Source: Octopus vulgaris (Eukaryota). From it: DNA of 64,000 nucleotides. This document shows positions 63,201 through 64,000 of the stretch, piece after piece. Location of the stretch: NCBI GenBank assembly GCA_951406725.2, contig OX597826.1, positions 1,054,001 through 1,118,000 of the forward strand. Reading direction: 5' to 3'. Positions within the stretch are counted from its first letter, which is position 1; every line of letters starts with the position of its first letter. The notes beneath the pieces were generated by a model. That model saw nothing but the letters and a program-made list of their open reading frames with translations. It made no database searches and was not told the DNA's origin. The position numbers and the translations under genes were made by a program.

Positions 63201-63367
63201 AACAATTGCCAATTTGCCACTTTAGCCTAACTACTGATACTCACCGACAATTTCTCCGTTTGCTACTGTCCTAGTCGAGTAAGTAGCAACCACTGTTGAT
63301 GCTGCCGGTTCAGGAGATGATGGTGGATATAAAGTCTGCAGCAAATGCTTCCGGCTTTTTTGAGCAT
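22261..63367 (-). CDS. NFRKB: NFRKB / INO80G, multi-exon gene, 5'-incomplete (17 coding exons in window)
   Basis: Spliced translation contains GYDSVVGPVKGVY..KAREHALLVSDRPSYVTILTLVRDAAARLPNGEGTRGDICELLKDSQFLAP..INTVVSGALDRLHYEKDPCVKYDVNRKLWIYLHR, near-identical to the conserved core of vertebrate NFRKB. It also has the winged-helix segment SFFSLLRDLI..WQESPTSSLNQW and a long S/T/A/V/Q-rich tail. All 16 internal introns are GT-AG with matching phases. Confidence 0.95.
22990..23235 (-). mobile_element. Degenerate RTE-group LINE C-terminal fragment
   Basis: QENITRGILEAEPTSRRP..TRWLGNI..LSWSHLRI..APDRTIYR resembles the G.RP.GRP..RW.D.I..A.DR..WR motif. Confidence 0.55.
23856..24002 (-). CDS. NFRKB: NFRKB exon P (GLSGVSQAK..PTVSQ), phase 1-1
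   Basis: gttttaaag / gtaact; open frame. Confidence 0.82.
25138..26014. mobile_element. AT-rich foldback element (about 240-bp arms), right arm interrupted by a Helitron
   Basis: 25138-25376 is the reverse complement of 25402-25529 plus 25906-26014. Confidence 0.85.
25530..25905 (+). mobile_element. Non-autonomous Helitron (376 bp)
   Basis: 5'-TC, 3'-CTAG, subterminal hairpin cccgagcaacgccggg (25878-25893); inserted between A and T with no TSD. Confidence 0.9.
26877..27092 (-). CDS. NFRKB: NFRKB exon O (VTANSGTTT..NITLRP), phase 1-1
   Basis: ttcattcag / gtaagt; open frame. Confidence 0.85.
27181..27630. mobile_element. Two adjacent TTAA-flanked MITE remnants (family also at about 11930-12125, 50050-50270, 52665-52886)
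   Basis: ttaacc(c/t)tttagcattt start and gaatgctaaa(a/g)ggttaa end in sister copies; piggyBac-like termini. Confidence 0.6.
28042..28275 (-). CDS. NFRKB: NFRKB exon N (GSNILQPMSGGKPVQL..PTSST), phase 1-1
   Basis: tttttgtag / gtaagc; open frame; same composition as the flanking tail exons. Confidence 0.85.
28688..28953. mobile_element. Palindromic MITE (about 120-bp arms)
   Basis: ggtttaggacgaatgttgctgtaatttag / ctaaattacagcaacattcgtcctaaacc, with further pairing on both sides; related partial copy at about 17085-17210. Confidence 0.85.
29602..30843 (+). mobile_element. Tandem/nested Helentron-associated (HINE/DINE-1-like) elements
   Basis: 5' acctccgcct + nearby inverted aggcagaggt, (GTTT)n, 3' ttggcggaggt and terminal stem-loop gcactctctgagtgc; starts at about 29602 and 30545, ends at about 30535 and 30843. 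Confidence 0.7.
31925..32128. mobile_element. Mariner-type MITE
   Basis: TA-ttaggttggtgcataattattgcggctttt..aaaagctgcaataattctgcaccaactt; TIR resembles the Hsmar1/MADE1 type. Confidence 0.75.
32534..33002 (+). mobile_element. Non-autonomous Helitron (469 bp)
   Basis: A|TCtatacatataa..cctgagcaacgctggg..tactgCTAG|T; 3' end closely matches 25530-25905. Confidence 0.85.
33500..33950 (-). mobile_element. Degenerate CR1/Jockey-group LINE fragment
   Basis: VSSLCLFYLYY..LVRLVPP resembles the RR.VASL.LFYRYY..EL..LVPP C-terminal motif; heavily decayed. Confidence 0.4.
34781..35270 (+). mobile_element. 5'-truncated RTE LINE with six 20-bp repeats at the 5' junction
   Basis: tatggatgaggacagctgtg-like unit x6 (34781-34900), then VKKC..VEG..RGR..TWD-like sequence, RTE 3' UTR and (GAT)n. 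Confidence 0.85.
36094..36985 (-). CDS. NFRKB: NFRKB exon M (892 nt, S/T/A-rich low-complexity region), phase 0-1
   Basis: cttttcag / gtaatg; coding part of ORF 35702..36973 (the rest of that ORF is CA-microsatellite read-through). Confidence 0.88.
37553..39838. repeat. 135-bp tandem array (about 17 units) derived from the RTE LINE 3' end
   Basis: gatacctttggcaata recurs every 135 bp from 37630 to 39790; the unit aligns by eye to the RTE stop-codon region (cf. reverse complement of 8470-8580, and 55598-55700). Confidence 0.95.
39935..40008 (-). CDS. NFRKB: NFRKB exon L (EKIHQAQGAAVKAKKSLQKPKSSKS), phase 1-0
   Basis: catttcag / gtaagt; matches vertebrate ERIHQAQAAAAKARKALQ. Confidence 0.93.
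41087..41234 (-). mobile_element. Short RTE tail insertion between (TA)n tracts
   Basis: Near-identical to 41253-41400. Confidence 0.85.
41497..44796 (-). pseudogene. RTE ORF (about 1099 codons; APE-RT with PHD-type finger) with two in-frame stops
   Basis: ORFs 44599..44796, 42892..44583 and 41497..42834 share one frame, broken only by TAG (44601-44599) and TGA (42894-42892; FLV*QLQEKY). Confidence 0.9.
41521..41584. repeat. 18-bp tandem repeat x3.6 (ccggggtactttggggat) at the end of the RTE ORF
   Basis: Direct inspection. Confidence 0.85.
44817..45228 (-). mobile_element. RTE-tail element with about four 55-66-bp tandem units
   Basis: Same organisation as 18476-18905; tail abuts (TA)n at 44801-44816. 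Confidence 0.8.
45868..45991 (-). CDS. NFRKB: NFRKB exon K (INTVVSGALDRLHYEKDPCVKYD..EQEF), phase 0-1
   Basis: tttacag / gtaatt; highly conserved core. Confidence 0.95.
46557..47010 (-). mobile_element. Interspersed repeat (SINE-like), longer copy of 6255-6625
   Basis: Reverse-complement match over more than 300 bp. Confidence 0.75.
47178..47539 (-). mobile_element. Helentron-associated (HINE-like) element
   Basis: Reverse complement of the 29602/30545 family. Confidence 0.7.
47773..47879 (-). CDS. NFRKB: NFRKB exon J (VRDAAARLPNGEGTR..ITDAQ), phase 1-0
   Basis: ttttgatag / gtaagc; highly conserved core. Confidence 0.95.
48055..48275. mobile_element. piggyBac-like MITE
   Basis: TTAA-ccctttcattac..gtggcaaaaggg-TTAA. 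Confidence 0.7.
49059..49233 (-). CDS. NFRKB: NFRKB exon I (ERKRFECPHLGFTY..VTILTL), phase 0-1
   Basis: cttccag / gtaagt; highly conserved core. Confidence 0.95.
50800..51700 (+). mobile_element. Decayed Penelope-like reverse transcriptase
   Basis: Frameshifted remnants FSFSSGCYQQLSGILTGTKT, KYLDNCIG, HYHPTLEFTSNI, SINFPDISV..LSTAVYFKHTDFHS match Penelope RT motifs (YQQ..G.AMGT, YIDD, HP.L.FT, FLDI, STSVY.KPTD.H.YL). Confidence 0.75.
51792..51852 (-). CDS. NFRKB: NFRKB exon H (KTNYVVKPTTEEEKSSFKEQ), phase 2-0
   Basis: tgttgtag / gtatat; matches vertebrate RTDYVVRPSTGEEKRVFQEQ. Confidence 0.92.
52415..52604 (-). CDS. NFRKB: NFRKB exon G (GFQIDNFIPLIDYKERAQQWRW..PPPRV), phase 1-2
   Basis: gatttcag / gtaagt; matches F.P.(V/I).(F/Y)KE..QQW of NFRKB. 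Confidence 0.92.
53029..53074 (-). ncRNA. Degenerate type I hammerhead motif in a Penelope-like repeat
   Basis: Minus strand gacac CTGAAGA aggctg gagcatacaa cagcc GAAA tgta gtata; core and stem II (ggctg/cagcc) intact, stems I and III decayed. Confidence 0.55.
54023..54149 (-). CDS. NFRKB: NFRKB exon F (LDDKVKEWQESPTSSLNQW..SALKFLSGD), phase 0-1
   Basis: tttttcag / gtaagt; conserved winged-helix residues. Confidence 0.92.
54235..54532. mobile_element. hAT (Charlie-like) MITE
   Basis: cagtggttcttca..ttaagaatcactg termini; 8-mer gtttagaa at 54223-54230 and 54533-54540 (left copy offset by 4 nt). Confidence 0.7.
55598..55860 (+). mobile_element. 5'-truncated RTE 3' end
   Basis: gtgaccgagacctttggtgacaggctgcgcttgagaagac followed by the shared 3' UTR. 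Confidence 0.75.
56277..56379 (-). CDS. NFRKB: NFRKB exon E (start of winged-helix domain), phase 2-0
   Basis: tctttcag / gtaagt; YDSFFSLLRDLICEF. Confidence 0.9.
57172..57379 (-). CDS. NFRKB: NFRKB exon D (lysine-rich, MKKVKKKGEKLKKLK), phase 1-2
   Basis: ctttcacag / gtaagt; open frame; basic NLS-like cluster as in NFRKB. Confidence 0.85.
57900..58208 (-). mobile_element. Decayed Penelope-like GIY-YIG endonuclease end with a local inverted duplication
   Basis: CYISSRV*LFHA*MKEYL..SSRKH..NLHIKEAILI resembles YIG.T.R.LH.R.KEH..NL..KEA..I; 58069-58108 is inverted at 58167-58208. Confidence 0.6.
58652..58745 (-). CDS. NFRKB: NFRKB exon C (EQPELDISSITLSDILARCQAVRK..), phase 0-1
   Basis: ttttgaag / gtaaat; similar to vertebrate HPDL..LTLNDIMTRV. 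Confidence 0.85.
59505..59990. mobile_element. Long-TIR MITE interrupted by a SINE-like fragment; solo arm at 53145-53310
   Basis: 59505-59612 is inverted relative to 59866-59985; 53145-53310 is a close reverse complement of 59830-59985. Confidence 0.6.
61112..61227 (-). CDS. NFRKB: NFRKB exon B (EDSNGQRK..YKRRKTENG), phase 1-0
   Basis: tttacag / gtaagt; SDEDYKAMLRDYKRRK resembles the basic segment before the NFRKB HPDL motif. Confidence 0.85.
61490..62162 (+). mobile_element. RTE-tail element with pyrimidine-rich body and four roughly 55-bp repeats
   Basis: ggtaaccatgtgtctcctttacagcagca-like unit at about 61500, 61553, 61651 and 61732; duplicated agtggttggtgtt(t/a)ggaagggcatccagctgtaaaa; (GAT)n tail. 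Confidence 0.7.
62868..63085 (+). repeat. Purine-rich (GGA/GGG) low-complexity tract
   Basis: Almost purely G/A for about 215 bp. Confidence 0.85.
63245..63367 (-). CDS. NFRKB: NFRKB exon A (DAQKSRKHLLQ..GEIV), phase 1-1
   Basis: Acceptor cttttttcag, donor gtgagt, open frame, phase joins exon B (G+AA=E). Confidence 0.75.
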
Positions 63368-64000
63368 CTGAAAAAAGTTTTAATTTGAAATCAAACTTCA
63401 GAATATCAAACAAAATGTAGAAGAATAATCAGGCATATTCTCCAAAGCACCAGGACAAACTGGATTATGCACTCCTAGATAGACTGTGAACAAAAACAAA
63501 ACAATGAATGATCACAGTTAAAAAAGCTTCGTTGAGAAATCTAATTAAATTAAATTATTTAAAAATGTTGGTTTCAAATTTTAACACAAAGCCAGCAAAT
63601 TTGGGATGGGTGGGGGTAAGTCGACCCCGGTGCTTGACTAGTTCTTATTTCATTGACCCTGAAAGAATGAGAGGCAAAGTCGACCTCAGCAGAATTTGAA
63701 CTCAGGATGTAAAGACATAAAATTCCACTAAGCATTTTGTCCAGCATACTAAAGATTCTTCTAGCTCACGACCTTCAAATTAATTAGAAATATTGATGGC
63801 AATCAAATTAAATTTCATTAATCTGTTGGTGCCACAATAAAATTACCAAAGCCATGTAAATAGATTTGGTAAAATTCTATAAAAACTGGGGTTTTTTTTA
63901 ATTATTTTCAAAATTAATTTGAAATGAAAACAGCAGTGGCTGTGTGGTAAGTAGCTTGCTTACCAACCACATGGTTCTGGGTTCATTCCCACTAAGTGGC

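Noticed and set aside
62784-63212. Pro/Ser-rich and Gly/Arg-rich ORFs
   Set aside because: Translations of a purine-rich low-complexity tract and SINE sequence; no splice support.

Overview
AT-rich, microsatellite- and transposon-dense animal genomic DNA, most likely an octopus or other coleoid cephalopod (inferred from the SINE/RTE repeat repertoire). The one host protein-coding gene is NFRKB (INO80 subunit G) on the minus strand. It has 17 phase-compatible GT-AG coding exons from 63367 down to the stop at 22261 (3443 nt, about 1146 codons), and its 5' end lies beyond the window. Introns and downstream DNA hold a nearly full-length RTE-clade LINE (APE + RT + inserted PHD-type finger; two nonsense codons, no frameshift) and many short elements sharing its (GAT)n tail. 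They also hold tRNA-derived SINEs, Tc1/mariner, hAT-, piggyBac- and foldback-type MITEs, Helitrons, Helentron-like HINEs, and CR1 and Penelope relics. Four items stand out: (1) a core-intact type I hammerhead ribozyme in an inverted Penelope-like repeat (20657-20742); (2) a 135-bp satellite made from the LINE 3' end, with a 405-bp higher-order repeat (37553-39838); (3) a 274-bp tandem array with YY1/ETS-like motifs upstream of an RTE tail (1-1767); and (4) repeated RTE insertion into (TA)n tracts. Most ORFs in the supplied track are microsatellite or repeat artefacts. No database searches were run, and family assignments rest on recalled motifs.
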